Shown: piece after piece, positions 18,277 to 31,419 of the stretch
Position numbering within the stretch: position 1 is the stretch's first letter
Layout: each line of letters opens with the position of its first letter
DNA from: Macrostomum lignano
Taxonomy: Eukaryota
Length of the DNA: 64,000 bases
NCBI GenBank assembly: GCA_002269645.1
Contig: NIVC01001541.1
Span: 207,797 to 271,796 of the forward strand
Direction of reading: 5' to 3'
Notes under the pieces: model-generated
Told to the model about the DNA's origin: nothing
Seen by the model: only the letters and a program-made list of their open reading frames with translations
Database searches by the model: none
Position numbers and translations under genes: made by a program

Positions 18277-18478
18277 TTGCTTTTTAACCACTTTGAGGCT
18301 TTTTAAACACTCATGGAGGCATCTGCACTTGGGGCCGAGTCCAGCAAGGATTTCACTTGCTGGCGATTATATCCCTAAGGATAAACTTAAGTATTCGCAG
18401 GAGGGCACCTTGGCGCAGCAACCAGCGCTGAAGCAATTTTGCCCCCATTATGCATACATGCAAGCGTACATACATACA

Positions 18479-18577
18479 GGGTGTACAGCGGCCCTAGCTT
18501 TCTAACCATCAGGCATGTACACTCTCTGTGACTTGGGGGTTGGCCCTCATGGGACTTGAATTGCACAGCAATCCCAA
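18479..18577 (-). repeat. About 80-bp dispersed repeat, copy 4
   Basis: GGGTGTACAGCGGCCCTAGCTTTCTAACCATCAGGCATGTACACTCTCTGTGACTTGGGGGTTGGCCCTCATG matches 8503-8578. Confidence 0.8.
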
Positions 18578-18699
18578 GCCTGAATGAAAGGGATCGCGGC
18601 ACGAGAGTCTGCACATCCATCGCCGAGCTGCTCTGTCTGCACTGCACTGCAACCGCTACTGAAATCTGCTTTTACGCTGACATTCATACCGTTTGATGC

Positions 18700-19760
18700 A
18701 TATAAAATTATTTCATCACTACTAGCAACCAGTCAGTACGGCCTCAGTAGTAGGACTATGACGGACACGCTATTTTGCCTTATTAACCCGAGTTACTTTG
18801 GTTGGTCTAGGAGCATAAGCGGTTCAATCACATCTGTCAATATTAAACACCAAAGTTTGAAAAGGCCACGAGAAATTAGCAACCAGTTCCTAGAGGCCAT
18901 CACAAAAGCTCTGGCTCCCGAGAGAAAAATTAGCCTCTCTTTCTGTTTTAATGGATTTTTAGAGTATTGTGAAGTTGGCTAGCAGCTGCTGTCAGCCACA
19001 GACCCCGTTCTGCCGGGAGGTTTAATCGATAGAAACAATAAAAACACTCAGAAGCCATTCCAATTGTTTATTAGCAATCAATTCACGATGTGATTGAACC
19101 AGTTTGACCAAATGAAGGAAGTTGACACGAAAGACGCAGGTTCGAACCTGGTCCCTACGAGGGTAAGTTGACGCTTTATCGATTGATTACACGTAAATGA
19201 TTCATTGAAACACGTCGACTTCAGGCAGTTTAAAATAAAAAAGCTACAGTGGTCGACTTTAATTCATTGCATTTAAATTCGATATTGAATTGACTTTGGT
19301 ACGATTTAAAATTTTCTGATTCAAATAGAAGTGATTCAATATTGTGATTGAATAGTTGGTAAAGCAGACATATTCTAGTAGAATGGGTCGACGCACTCGC
19401 ACAGAGCTCTGACCCAATAATATCCGGACTCTACTTCGTCGTCCAGGCCGAAGCTGCTGGAGTAATTGTACCAAATGTTTGTCCGGTTGTGCAGACCGTT
19501 CTCATTCGGCTCGCCGCTGCCCCACGCCTCGGGCTGGATGGTGGCGTTGCAGTCGCGCCAGTACCAGGTGCCCGAGCTGAGCGGGGAAGGCCGGTAACCG
19601 CCCAGGTAGAAGCTGCGCATCGAATAACTCAGGTCTCCATTGAGGGTGGACTTGAAAGTACCGATGTGCTCAACTTCCGGCCTGTCGCCTGCGTCAGCGA
19701 ACTTGACGAGTCCGGGCTCCGAGTTGCACTTGTTGAGGCCGTCCGTCCAGCTCGACACGC
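18700..19760. repeat. Segmental duplication: lectin copy 2 CTLD plus 3' flank, homologous to about 31310-32650 (copy 4)
   Basis: Shared blocks include ACACGCTATTTTGCCT, GGCCACG(A/T)GAAATTAGCAAC, GACGCAGGTTCGAACCTGGTCC and GATATTGAATTGACTTTGGTACGAT; the CTLD coding sequence is near-identical. Confidence 0.85.
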
Positions 19761-20151
19761 CCACCATCTTGTAGACGGAGCCGCGATAGCCGTTGGCGAA
19801 GTCGGCAGGGCACAGCCGGCCGTTCGGCAGGCCCTCCAGGCTCCTCACGAAGGCCCAGCCGGAGCGGTCGCAGCCGGCCTCGTTCGGCATGTGGCTGCAC
19901 CTGTCGAATTCCATCGTCTGGCAGACGGAGCCGTCGTCGCCAGTCAGTCGGAAGCCGCGGCATCGGACGCCGCGGTTGAGGCAGACCGCGCTGCACTTCA
20001 CATTGCTGGGTCGGGCCAGCGGGGTGTTGCGGAGAAACTCGGGCCTCAGGCACAGCCGAATAAAGTGCTTTGTGAACTTCTGGGTGCTCTGCTCAGCTGC
20101 AGCAGCGCTCCAGGACGCAAGCAAGCAGAGAAGTACCGTCCAGTAAGACAT
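19375..20151 (-). CDS. Secreted PAN-like + C-type lectin domain protein, copy 2 (258 aa)
   Basis: Intact ORF with a signal peptide and the same architecture as copy 1; WGSGEPN motif. Confidence 0.88.
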   Translation of the reverse strand: MSYWTVLLCLLASWSAAAAEQSTQKFTKHFIRLCLRPEFLRNTPLARPSNVKCSAVCLNRGVRCRGFRLTGDDGSVCQTMEFDRCSHMPNEAGCDRSGWAFVRSLEGLPNGRLCPADFANGYRGSVYKMVGVSSWTDGLNKCNSEPGLVKFADAGDRPEVEHIGTFKSTLNGDLSYSMRSFYLGGYRPSPLSSGTWYWRDCNATIQPEAWGSGEPNENGLHNRTNIWYNYSSSFGLDDEVESGYYWVRALCECVDPFY

Positions 20152-21100
20152 GCCTTGCAGTTGAAGTGGGGCACTGCATCAGCTGGGGTTGCCTTTATGA
20201 TGCAGGGCTGCGTTTTGCGAAAGCCAATAAACGACTTGCTCCGTGCTAGGTGACGTCGCTCAAAAATTTGTGAGCAATGACAGTGCCTGTCCGTCAGTTT
20301 TCAGAATAGTTTTTGCTTACCAGTTTTGAGCCGTTGTATTTGCAATTTGTACAGCTGTCTGCCATGGCTTTGCCTCAGCTGCGGCAGGCGACATGAGCCT
20401 GACGCCGGATTACACCAAGTCGTATAACAAAAGTTTACGCACAATTCAAACTGGAAAGGATTTTACCAGAAGTATTTTCCTGACCAACAATTTGTCACTC
20501 GCGATATAAAAAATAGATAGGACAAAAATGCTAATGGTGAGATGTCGCCAATCGCCGTTCATGCCATTTAGTCAGTGTAGTGTTCCAGTCTCCATTTAAT
20601 CGTCCTTAATCCCGAAACCCACCAGCAGAAATGCAGAAGCAAAAGGCGCAGCAGCGAGCACAAAGCAGCGAAAAGGAGGAGCAACTACTTCGCATGTTGC
20701 GTCTAATCAGCGGCAATTAGTGCCGAAAATCAGTACGAAAACTTAGCTTTACGTCATGTTAGGTTTAGGTTTAAGCTCTCAAAACCGAATTTTGAAGGGT
20801 ATTGTGGTGAAATTCATTGCGCATTTAATGACACTGGCCAATTAGCGATAGCAGCAACAACAGTACGAGCTAACAACACAAAAATGCGTTGTGCAGTCGA
20901 GGTCTTAAGAAAAACAGAAGCCGTCTCTTGGCTACATGTAGTGCCCGAGCATAGACTTGGGCGGACACGGGTCGCCGGTGTCGGGTTGTAGGCAGTAGAC
21001 GAAGCGCCAAGTGCGCGATTGTCTCCGCCGGTAGGTTGCCTGCAGCGTCAGCAGCAGCGCCCCCTGCACCGAATGATACTGCCGGAGGGAGTCGGGAGGA
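20152..21100. repeat. Segmental duplication: 5' flank of lectin copy 2, homologous to about 26521-27110 (copy 3)
   Basis: Shared GCAGGGCTGCGTTTTGC.AAAGCCAATAAACGACTTGCTCCGTGCTAG, GTCGAGGTCTT.AGAAAAAC.GAAGCCGTCTCT and CCTGCAGCGTCAGCAGCAGCGCC. Confidence 0.85.
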
Positions 21101-21106
21101 TATTGA

Positions 21107-21448
21107 GGATGGTTTGAGTAGCGAGATGGTTTGAGTAGCGAGATGGTTTGAGTAGCGAGATGGTTTGAGTAGCGAGATGGTTTGAGTAGCGAGATGGTTT
21201 GAGTAGCGAGATGGTTTGAGTAGCGAGATGGTTTGAGTAGCGAGATGGTTTGAGTAGCGAGATGGTTTGAGTAGCGAGATGGTTTGAGTAGCGAGATGGT
21301 TTGAGTAGCGAGATGGTTTGAGTAGCGAGATGGTTTGAGTAGCGAGATGGTTTGAGTAGCGAGATGGTTTGAGTAGAGAGATGGTTTGAGTAGCGAGATG
21401 GTTTGAGTAGAGAGATGGTTTGAGTAGCGAGATGGTTTGAGTAGCGAG
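21107..21448. repeat. Minisatellite, 17-bp unit GAGATGGTTTGAGTAGC (about 20 copies)
   Basis: Read directly; a degenerate paralogous array lies at 27768-28077. Confidence 0.97.
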
Positions 21449-21451
21449 ACA

Positions 21452-21577
21452 CTAAAACCCCTAAGCTAAAACCCCTAAGCTAAAACCCCTAAGCTAAAAC
21501 CCCTAAGCTAAAACCCCTAAGCTAAAACCCCTAAGCTAAAACCCCTAAGCTAAAACCCCTAAGCTAAAACCCCTAAG
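21452..21577. repeat. Minisatellite, 14-bp unit CTAAAACCCCTAAG (about 9 copies)
   Basis: Read directly. Confidence 0.96.
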
Positions 21578-21589
21578 ATAATGCTCGCA

Positions 21590-22060
21590 GCTGGCTTCAG
21601 GCATGGTAGCGCTTGAAACTGAAAATTCTGCTTCTTGTCATTTTGTGTTCTTCTTGCCGCTCCGTTGCACCAGCCGTTCCTGTCCACGCTCCGGGACTGA
21701 GCACTAATGCTATAGGCTGACTCTGACAACCGCTGGACCAAGTCCCCTCGGATTGTCTTGACATGGTTGATGGCCCCGGCTTTACAAACGTTTTTAGCAT
21801 TGCCGCATTTACTAATGATGGGGATGAGTTAGAAATCTGAATAGAAAAGGCAGGCTCGCAGAACAATTTGTCAGGCCAGTCCAAAACCTTGAAAAAACTC
21901 GCAACCGTCGCAAAGCAGAAATGAATGAAGGGTTTGAAACAATACTGTCTTTCGAGATCGTTGGTGGGCGCTCTGCTTGGAGGGTAGCTCGCGTCTTCGG
22001 CTGAGCTGCCCGTGTTGCAGGAATTTTACCGCTCCCTTAGCAGCTTGAGCTGCAAATGCG
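21590..22060. repeat. Duplicated block homologous to about 28200-28620
   Basis: High identity from CAGGCATGGTAGCGCTTGAAAC through GCTGAGCTGCCCGTGTTGCAGGAAT. Confidence 0.88.
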
Positions 22061-23259
22061 TCAGTTGATCTGACCTAAGCAGAGAGCTGGTGAATGGACC
22101 GCCTGTAAGGCTCGTTGATATTCTGCCAGTGTGGCCCACCAGGAATTCGGGAGTCTATGCATTAGAGATGTGTTCGGCGCTGCTGGAGTTTGCCAGAGCG
22201 GGGCCACGTGGTCGCTGTGAAGCTGATCTCTCTGCGGCTTTGTGTGCCCGCTCATGGTCGACCCTGTCTGATGGGTAGTTTGCACAGGTGCGCCGCTAGG
22301 ACAAACAACCCCGCAAGGGTTTCCAAAGCCTTCAACGCCTCCCAATCGCCACAGAAGGGACTCAATATTGAGGTCGCCCGAGCATTCGCTCCTGAAGCAC
22401 TCAACCCCTCATCCAGCGGCGGAGTTCCATTTTGGTCGAAGCGAGAAATTCACTTTCCGGACTTTGTTAGCAAGGATATTGTTAGTTTGCTCTTTAATTA
22501 GTCAACAGCAGAAATTATCTATGATAGCGCATCTTTATGCACTGTTACGAACTGGATATTGATATACATGTAAACTGTTCAAACACTTTGTGACACATTT
22601 GGCTTTCCTCCTTGTATAAAGAGTTTTGAAATGTAAAACGTTTCTCTTGTGGGACGCTCAGCCAAATTTTACCTCAGAGTTTCCAGATCGTGGTTCTCCT
22701 TTTGGCCCTTGGATGCACTTTTTCTAAACGCGGGACGGATGCCTCTGAGGTGAATGGATCCATAGAATCCACATTTTGCTGTTTCTAGTGCCTTTGAAGG
22801 TGGTGCATTCCTGTATTTTCAGGTGAAGGCAATGTCTGCGATTGTGGGAGCGTTGTAGTCTCTGATCTGCTCCAGTGCTGAAGGCCCTGTAGAATGCCGT
22901 CGAGCAGCAGATCACCTTCGTGTCGAGTAGTAGCTGTCCCGCCCCAAACTGAATTCATGCAAAAGACTATGCGATCGATAAACATGGGCTGCAAATGCAA
23001 AGGGCACTCTCCTTACACTTTATTTAGATTAGAAATCAAAGAATATTGCAGGCATAAGTTGATTTTAACTTTAAGCTGCCGGATGGTCAGCAGCGCTAAC
23101 CATACACCAACAGCCTTTACTGTCGGTAATTTTGCTGATAAAGCTGACCATGCCGGCAGGAACGGAGCTTTTGTATTTGTAGCTCCGGCACAAAAGCTCT
23201 GATGAGTCACTCTACTCATAGTAGAAATGATGGGCACATGACAAAACAGGTATTCTATC

Positions 23260-24122
23260 TTTAAGGCTCTAAGTGAACTGATAAAGACCATTAAGGCTCC
23301 GAGTGAGCTGATGAAGACCATCAAGGCTCCGAGTGAACTGATGAATATCATTAAGGCTCCGAGTGAGCTGATGAAGACCATTAAGGCTCCGAGTGAACTG
23401 ATGAAGATCATTAAGGCTCCGAGTGAACTGATGAAGACCATTAAGGCTCCGAGTGAACTGATGAATATCATTAAGGCTCCGAGTGAACTGATGAATATCA
23501 TTAAGGCTCCGAGTGAGCTGATGAAGACCATTAAGGCTCCGAGTGAACTGATAAAGACCATTAAGGCTCCGAGTGAGCTGATGAATATCATTAAGGCTCC
23601 GAGTGAGCTGATGAAGACCATTAAGGCTCCGAGTGAACTGATAAAGACCATTAAGGCTCCGAGTGAGCTGATGAAGATCATTAAGGCTCCGAGTGAGCTG
23701 ATGAATATCATTAAGGCTCCGAGTGAACTGATAAAGACCATTAAGGCTCCGAGAGAACTGATGAAGATCATTAAGGCTCCGAGTGAACTGATGAAGATCA
23801 TTAAGCCTCCGAGTGAGCTGATGAAGATCATTAAGGCTCCGAGTGAGCTGATGAAGATCATTAAGGCTCCGAGTGAACTGATAAAGGTCATTAAGCCTCC
23901 GAGTGAGCTGATGAAGATCATTAAGGCTCCGAGTGAACTGATAAAGGTCATTAAGCCTCCGAGTGAGCTGATGAAGATCATTAAGGCTCCGAGTGAACTG
24001 ATAAAGGTCATTAAGCCTCCGAGTGAGCTGATGAAGATCATTAAGGCTCCGAGTGAACTGATAAAGGTCATTAAGCCTCCGAGTGAGCTGATGAAGATCA
24101 TTAAGGCTCCGAGTGAGCTGAA
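23260..24122. repeat. Minisatellite, 30-bp unit ATTAAGGCTCCGAGTGAACTGATGAAGATC (about 29 copies)
   Basis: Read directly; it produces the spurious MKIIKAPSEL / FISSLGALM ORFs. Confidence 0.97.
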
Positions 24123-25746
24123 AACGATCAATAACTCACAATAAGTCTTGGAGTGAGCTTTGAGGAAGCTCAAGCTCTAGTGAATTAGAGGCAGATTCAC
24201 AATGTAATTTGGTGATCCTCACAGCCGTTCGACGAACCAAAAAAAGAGATAAATGTGTTTCCATTTTTCGTTGCCAACTCTTGTAATAACAATAGACACG
24301 AAGGGAACAGAAACAGATCATATCATCGATCTTATATGAATTACAATAGATAGGCCACTCTCCATTCAGCCAATGCATTGAAAACGACATCCAAAAATGA
24401 CTCGGAGAGGAAAAAATGTCCGCTTGCACTACTGAAAACTAATCGCCAGTAGTCCATGGGCATAGACTAAAAAAATCATTAAATCGCAATAAAATGACGC
24501 AGGTTTTTGGTGTGAACACATCGACAGATTGAACTGCCCAAAATCATGAACTCAATGCGCTTTCTGGGTGCAAAACTGTGATACTGACGTGTACTCACCA
24601 GTACTGAAGGACGGCAGTACGAGAACACTGGGAGAAAGACTGAAGAGACATAGATGCCTTGCCCATGTCTTTAGCAGGAAGTCAAGCAGGTTTCTTTAAA
24701 TTTGAGCACAGCATCCAAATTCTTCAAGTTCAGTTTGCCTTATATCGTTAACGTAATCGTTTAAGCCAACTTCTTTTAGTTTTCTTTAAAAATATACTGC
24801 TGTCCAACAGCCTTCTGACCCAGAAAAAATGCAAAGACGACTTCTTTCTCTCAAAACGCACTCTGCTGATTATAATCTTACACTGGTCATGCAAAGGCAT
24901 CCCAAGTCCTACGCTGACACAGCTGAATAAAAAGGTAATTTAATACCCGCTTCAGCTACTGACAAATATGCGTATTAACTACTGAGAACTACCTGAAATG
25001 ACCGCTTTTTGGAATGGTTCCCTCTGAGTGGCCTATCTAGTGTATATAAGATTTATGGGTCACACTTAATCTGCAAATATTGCGACGCGATGGGTGCGCA
25101 GAGAGCAGGGAGCAGAGCAGAGGTTGCAAAGCGAATGAAATGCTCAAGTATTCATATTTCAACATGGAAGGAGTAAATATCAACTTTGACGTGGATTTCA
25201 ACTTTGACTCATGATCAAGTTCAAGTTCAAGTTCAGTATCTATTTAAAGATACACTTGCTCAATTCTGCCTTAGTTCTCAGGCATAGTTTTGAATTCTCA
25301 AGCTTCATTTTTCAGTGAGTTTTGGCCATAGACGGCGGCCATTGCACTGCTGCTGAGGAAAGAGGCATGAGCAGTCACATCTGTGGGTTAAGTTTCTGGG
25401 GCTCAATACAAGTATTCTTCGTTCGAGCATGTTACGAAGATCTGTAAAGGACGCGTGAATCACAAAGTCCGTTTGAGTTGTCTGCGGATAGCTAGAGCAG
25501 CCCTGTATATTTTATAAGGTTTCAAGAAGTTTCTCGAAAACATTCATACATGCTCTTCGAAGCACTGAAAATTGTCTTTTCATCGCATTTATGCTGTGGC
25601 AAAACGCCAGCGCCTGTTTGCTCGTATTTCAAACTAATAGCAAACTGGTGCACACTCAATAAACAGCTGTTCTACTGATGACTACACTGCGATCTGTAGT
25701 CCTGACTCAAAGTCTGAACATTTCCTCCTCCGGCTTCCGAGCAGCT

Positions 25747-26520
25747 TCAGGCAAACGGATCGATGCACTCGCACAGAGCTCGGATCAGGTAGCTCGCCAA
25801 CTCCACCTCGTCGTCCACGCCGTATGAATGGTGGTGCCAGACGTTAATCCTGTCGTGCGAGTCGCCTTGGTTCGGCTGACCTATGCTCCAAACCTCGGGC
25901 GCCAGCGTGGCGTTGCAGTCGTGCCAGTACCAGGTGCTGGAGCTGAGCGGGGAAGGCCGGTAACCGCCCAGGTAAAAACTGCGCTTCCAATAAACAAGGT
26001 CTACATTGGAGATATTTTTCAGAGTGTGCATGTGATCGACCTCCGGCCTGTCGCCTGCGTCAGCGAACTTGGCGAGTCCGGGCTCCGAGTTGCACTTGTT
26101 GAGGCCGTCCGTCCAGCTCGACACGCCCACCATCTTGTAGACGGAGCCGCGATAGCCGTTGGCGAAGTCGGCAGGGCACAGCCGGCCGTTCGGCAGGCCC
26201 TCCAGGCTCCTCACGAAGGCCCAGCCGGAGCGGTCGCAGCCGGCCTCGTTCGGCATGTGGCTGCACCTGTCGAACTCCATCGTCTGGCAGACGGAGCCGT
26301 CGTCGCCAGTCAGTCGGAAGCCGCGGCATCGGACGCCGCGGTTGAGGCAGACCATGCCGCACTTTATATTGCTGGGGTCGGCCAGCGGGGTGTTGCGGAG
26401 AAACTCGGGCCTCAGGCACAGCCGAATAAAGTGCTTTGTGAACTGCTGGACGCTGAGCTCAGCTGCAGCAGCGCTCCAGGACGCAAGCAGGCAGAAGAGA
26501 AGCACCGTCCAGTAAGACAT
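25747..26520 (-). CDS. Secreted PAN-like + C-type lectin domain protein, copy 3 (257 aa)
   Basis: Intact ORF with a signal peptide; WSIGQPN motif. Confidence 0.88.
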   Translation of the reverse strand: MSYWTVLLFCLLASWSAAAAELSVQQFTKHFIRLCLRPEFLRNTPLADPSNIKCGMVCLNRGVRCRGFRLTGDDGSVCQTMEFDRCSHMPNEAGCDRSGWAFVRSLEGLPNGRLCPADFANGYRGSVYKMVGVSSWTDGLNKCNSEPGLAKFADAGDRPEVDHMHTLKNISNVDLVYWKRSFYLGGYRPSPLSSSTWYWHDCNATLAPEVWSIGQPNQGDSHDRINVWHHHSYGVDDEVELASYLIRALCECIDPFA

Positions 26521-27767
26521 GCTTTCGGGTTGAAGTGGGGCTCTGCAGCAGCTGGGCGGCTGTCTTTATAATGCAGGGCTGCGTTTTGCAAAAGCCAATA
26601 AACGACTTGCTCCGTGCTAGCTGACTTGGCCCTAACATTCGCAAAACAATTACTGTCTGTCGTGTTTTTAGTATTTTCAGCGTTCTTGTTTTGAGCTATT
26701 GCATTTGCAATTCGACAGCCGACTGCTCAGTCCAGTGCTCTTGTGCTAAGCATCTCAATGCACATGCTGAATGATGGGAATTTTTTATTCCACAACGGCT
26801 AGGACAGTTGTGTTTAGGTTTAAGCACTCCAAACCCGACTATTGAGGGAATTGTGGCGGCACCCATTGTGCATCTAATCAGTGAATGCAACGACAACAGA
26901 AACAGCGCAACAAACTGCGCTGTTTAGTCGAGGTCTTTAGAAAAACGGAAGCCGTCTCTGGGCTAGGGCCCGAGCATAGGCTGGGGCGGATCGAATGCGG
27001 ATGTCGGGTAGCAGTCAGTCGACGAAGCGCCAAGTGCGCTTGTTCCCGTCGGTGCCTGCAGCGTCAGCAGCAGCGCCTCCTGCACAGAATGGTTTTGCCA
27101 GAGGGAGTCGCCGACCGCGCAACAGGTCGTTTGAACGGATCGGATTAAACAGTCCATCAGTGTTCAGGTTTTGACGTTGTAAAGCAGGGCGGTCTCGACA
27201 ACCACCTGGAACACAACGCCGGTCAGGTAAAACCTCAGACGGCCGAACAGGCCTAACAAAACAAAAGGCTACCCGAGCGAGCACCCATGCTGGGATTGCA
27301 AGTTACTTGAGAACTCCTTTTAGCGTTTGAAGCAGATTTATTCGCGCCACTAAGCTGCTGTTCCCACTGCGTTTGAAATCTGAACTTTAGGGCCCATTAA
27401 AAAGAAAAAATGTCTCAGACAAACCGGCATTCCTGAATCTAGCCAAAAGAAAACGCTGTCTGCATCTGCACTGCTGTTAGCACAATTATCAGGCAATCTT
27501 TTTGCAAGCCTCTGCCAGGCTTCCTCGGTCCAGATGTCACAGGTAATTCGATCGTGCTTCCGCTAAAATTCTTCTGCAGCGGTTGCTATTAGCACCCCTT
27601 GCCCCCGCGTCACTGACTCGAGCACTGAAACTTCAATAACGCTTAGCATTGCTAAGTCTGTGTGAACTGCTCAAACTGGAGGCAATCCAGAGGTGCCGTT
27701 CCCAGCCCTCTCGTCAGCTATCGAACATTCTGGCTGCCACCTTAGGAGACAAAATGTTCATAGTCTG

Positions 27768-28077
27768 AGTAGCGAAATGGTCTGAGCATCAAGATGGTCT
27801 GAGTAGCCAGATGGTTCGAGTAGGGAGATGGTTTGAGTAGCCAGAGAGTTTGAGTAGCCAAAGGGTTTGAGTAGCCAGAGGGTTTGAGTAGCCAGAGGGT
27901 TTGAGTAGCCAGATGGTTTGAGTAGCCAGATGGTTTGAGTAGCCAGAGGGTTTGAGTAGCCAGAGGGTTTGAGTAGCCAGATGGTTTGAGTAGCCAGAGG
28001 GTTTGAGTAGCCAGAGGGTTTGAGTAGCGAGATGGTTCGAGTAGCCAGAGGATTTGAGTAGCCAGAGGGTTTGAGGG
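27768..28077. repeat. Degenerate 17-bp minisatellite (CAGAGGGTTTGAGTAGC)
   Basis: Variant of the array at 21107-21448, in the equivalent position of the duplicated block. Confidence 0.9.
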
Positions 28078-28449
28078 CTTGGTTGAGTTGAGTGTTTTTA
28101 CCGGCGCAAAACAACACAATTGCCTGCATTGTTTTCAGCAGCTCCCCTGAGCTGAAGCAAGGAAGCCATCGACAGCGCAGGTCTGCGGACGCTCGGAGCC
28201 GGCGTCAGGCATGGTAGCGCTTGAAACAGAAAATTCTGCTTCTTGTCATTTTGTACTCTTCTTGCCGCTCCGTTGCACCAGCCGTTCCTATCCACTCTCC
28301 AGGACTGAGCACTAATGCTATAGGCTGACTCTGACAACCGCTGGACCAAGTCCCCTCGGATTGTCTTGACATGGTTGATGGCCCCGGCTTTACTAACGTT
28401 TTTAGCATTGCCGCATTTACTAATGATGGGGATGAGTTAGAAATCTGAA

Positions 28450-29070
28450 TAGAAAAGGCAGGCTCGCAGAACAATTTGTCAGGCCAGTCCAAAACCTTGA
28501 AAAAACTCGCAACTCGGGTTTGAAACAATACGAGAGACGGTCTTTCGAGATCGATGGTGCGCGCTTTGCTCGGAGGGTAGCCCGCGTCTTCGGCTGAGCT
28601 GCCCGTGTTGCAGGAATATTACCCGGGGGCCGGCCATTCGGACCAGCCCAAAACCACAAGATCAGTGACAAGCACCGAGGGCAGAAGTGGACCTCATGTG
28701 ACTGTGTCCTTGCATACTCAACGTTCGAACAAGGTTTAGCAAAGCGGGAACACTTCTTCATCGCCGGCTGGCAGACAGGCAACCCAAAAGACACTGCAGT
28801 ACGCTAAACGAAACAAAAGCGCACCTTTCGAGATGGAAGTCGGCCGGACACAAGGCGCCCGGTCGCAAGCCCGGCTGTCGCCTCACGTACAGCTTGGCGA
28901 CGCGATTGCAGCTGCACTTGTCGAACAAAAACAGTCTGCAGTGTCCACCCTTCATTGTGAAGACAACTCAATAAGTTGCAGTCCGCGGCGCATCTCTTGC
29001 GCGATTTTATGAAAACGAACCTTGAAACGTACTTGGCCTCGATGCAGTCCCGGCCAAAAATTGGATGCTA
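28450..29070 (-). pseudogene. Decayed, divergent member of the PAN-CTLD lectin family
   Basis: The minus strand encodes CRLFLFDKC...YVRRQPGLRPGALCPADF, matching CQTFEFDRC...FVRQQPGLPEGQLCPAGF of copy 4. Upstream RCAADCNLLSC and downstream LFCE lie in other frames, and an in-frame stop is present. Confidence 0.6.
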
Positions 29071-29757
29071 GTTCAGATAAGCTGGCTTTACTGGCTATGC
29101 GCACTTGGGACCTTGGCCATTAAATTGAATTCTCGCTTGATATTAACCTTCCATTATGCTAATAAGTAATGTTTGAAAATTTATTGAAGAAAAATTAAAT
29201 CACATATTTAATTATCTAGATACACACTCTCAGGTAAATTCAAATCTGTCAATCATTCTGTTAGGCCGCACGAACGCATATTGTATAGCACAGCTGGTCT
29301 CGTACTACAGACGAAGCCAACCAAGCAAGACGATTCGGTTGACAGGTCGTTGAGGCGGAGTATGTGCCGAGATTTGCTTGACAACCGAGGGGTCCGGCCA
29401 ACAAGCAGAGATGCACATCTGTCGTAGGGCAGAGCGAGTGGGACAGACGGTGGCAGGATTGCAGTGCTTCTCTTGCCCCTTCAAGCACTTCAAACCCAAC
29501 CAATGTACGAGTCATTTCACACCCCTCGACTAGCTCTGATCCTTCCACTTAGCAACCTTCAAATATTTCCAGTTCCTGTGTACAATTTGGAAATTGTATC
29601 CCATATTTTGATTGCTTAGAACTCCTGCCGTTGCTAGGAGCGCGAATCTGCATCCAAAAAGAGGCAGTGGACGGAAAACACGGTGCTTAAAATGACATTG
29701 CCTAACTCCGAGCGGCTCAACGTAAGAATTCGGCATAACATATCGAATATTGTGTTC

Positions 29758-30713
<956 letters not shown>

Positions 30714-31086
30714 AACTCTTATGATTAGCATTGACCAGTAATAGCAAACCGCTAATGAACTACTTCAAGTGCAGGTGTTCACAGAAAAGCTCCATCAAAT
30801 CGCAGCAAGTGCATTCGTTTGTCGGACAACGGACGCATAGCAGTGCAGAGTTTGCTAGGGACTGTATATACTCGTATTTTAAAATAGTTTTTCTAACAGG
30901 CCACAGTTAAATCTTTACCAATTTATCGATGTCGAAGCGAAGTGCCTGGCAATTAGTTTCGCGGAGACCAAAAGGAGCACTCGGACACATAACATTCAAC
31001 CACCGACTGTTTATGCACTTGATCGTCGTCCACGCATTTCCGGTTAAAGTCCCAATTTTTTTTAAATCCGAAGTAAACCTCACAGT

Positions 31087-31260
31087 GAAGACATTCCTGT
31101 TGTGCGAGTCGCCTTCGTGCGGCCGGTAACAGCCAATGTAGAAGTCGCGCATCGTAAAACTCAGGTCTACATTGGAGAAATTTCTCAGAGTGTGCATGTG
31201 ATCGACCTCCGGCCTGTCGATTTCGTGGGCGAACTTGGCGAGTCCGGTCTCTGAGTTGCA
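31087..31260 (-). pseudogene. Truncated CTLD fragment of the lectin family with an internal deletion
   Basis: CNSETGLAKFAHEIDRPEVDHMHTLRNFSNVDLSFTMRDFYIGCYRP is joined directly to HEGDSHNRNVF, so the segment SPLSS...EPN is missing. It is closest to copy 3. Confidence 0.85.
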
Positions 31261-31419
31261 AGATGGGAAGACTGGAAGGCCAGAATATCATAGAAAAACC
31301 AAGACCATAATATTCACTCATCACTACTAGCACAAGTCAATGCGGCTTCAGTTAGTAGTAAAACTGGGACGAACACGCTATTTTGCCTAACTAATCTGAG
31401 CTACTGTGGTTGGTCTAGT

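Noticed and set aside
19130-19200. tRNA gene suggested by GGTTCGAACC (also about 31960)
   Set aside because: No cloverleaf could be built. At most it is a decayed SINE head within a duplicated flank.
21452-21577. Interstitial telomere (AACCCCTAAG resembles TTAGGG on the other strand)
   Set aside because: The unit is a 14-mer, not tandem TTAGGG, and the similarity is expected by chance among so many arrays.
23013-24173. Long ORFs over tandem arrays (also 5846-6685, 10146-11267, 29530-30747, 34501-36368, 37874-39284, 42863-44986, 45486-46217, 51993-53145, 61474-62771)
   Set aside because: These are stop-free frames produced by repeat periodicity. They lie in introns or intergenic DNA, and any real coding parts are the exons listed.
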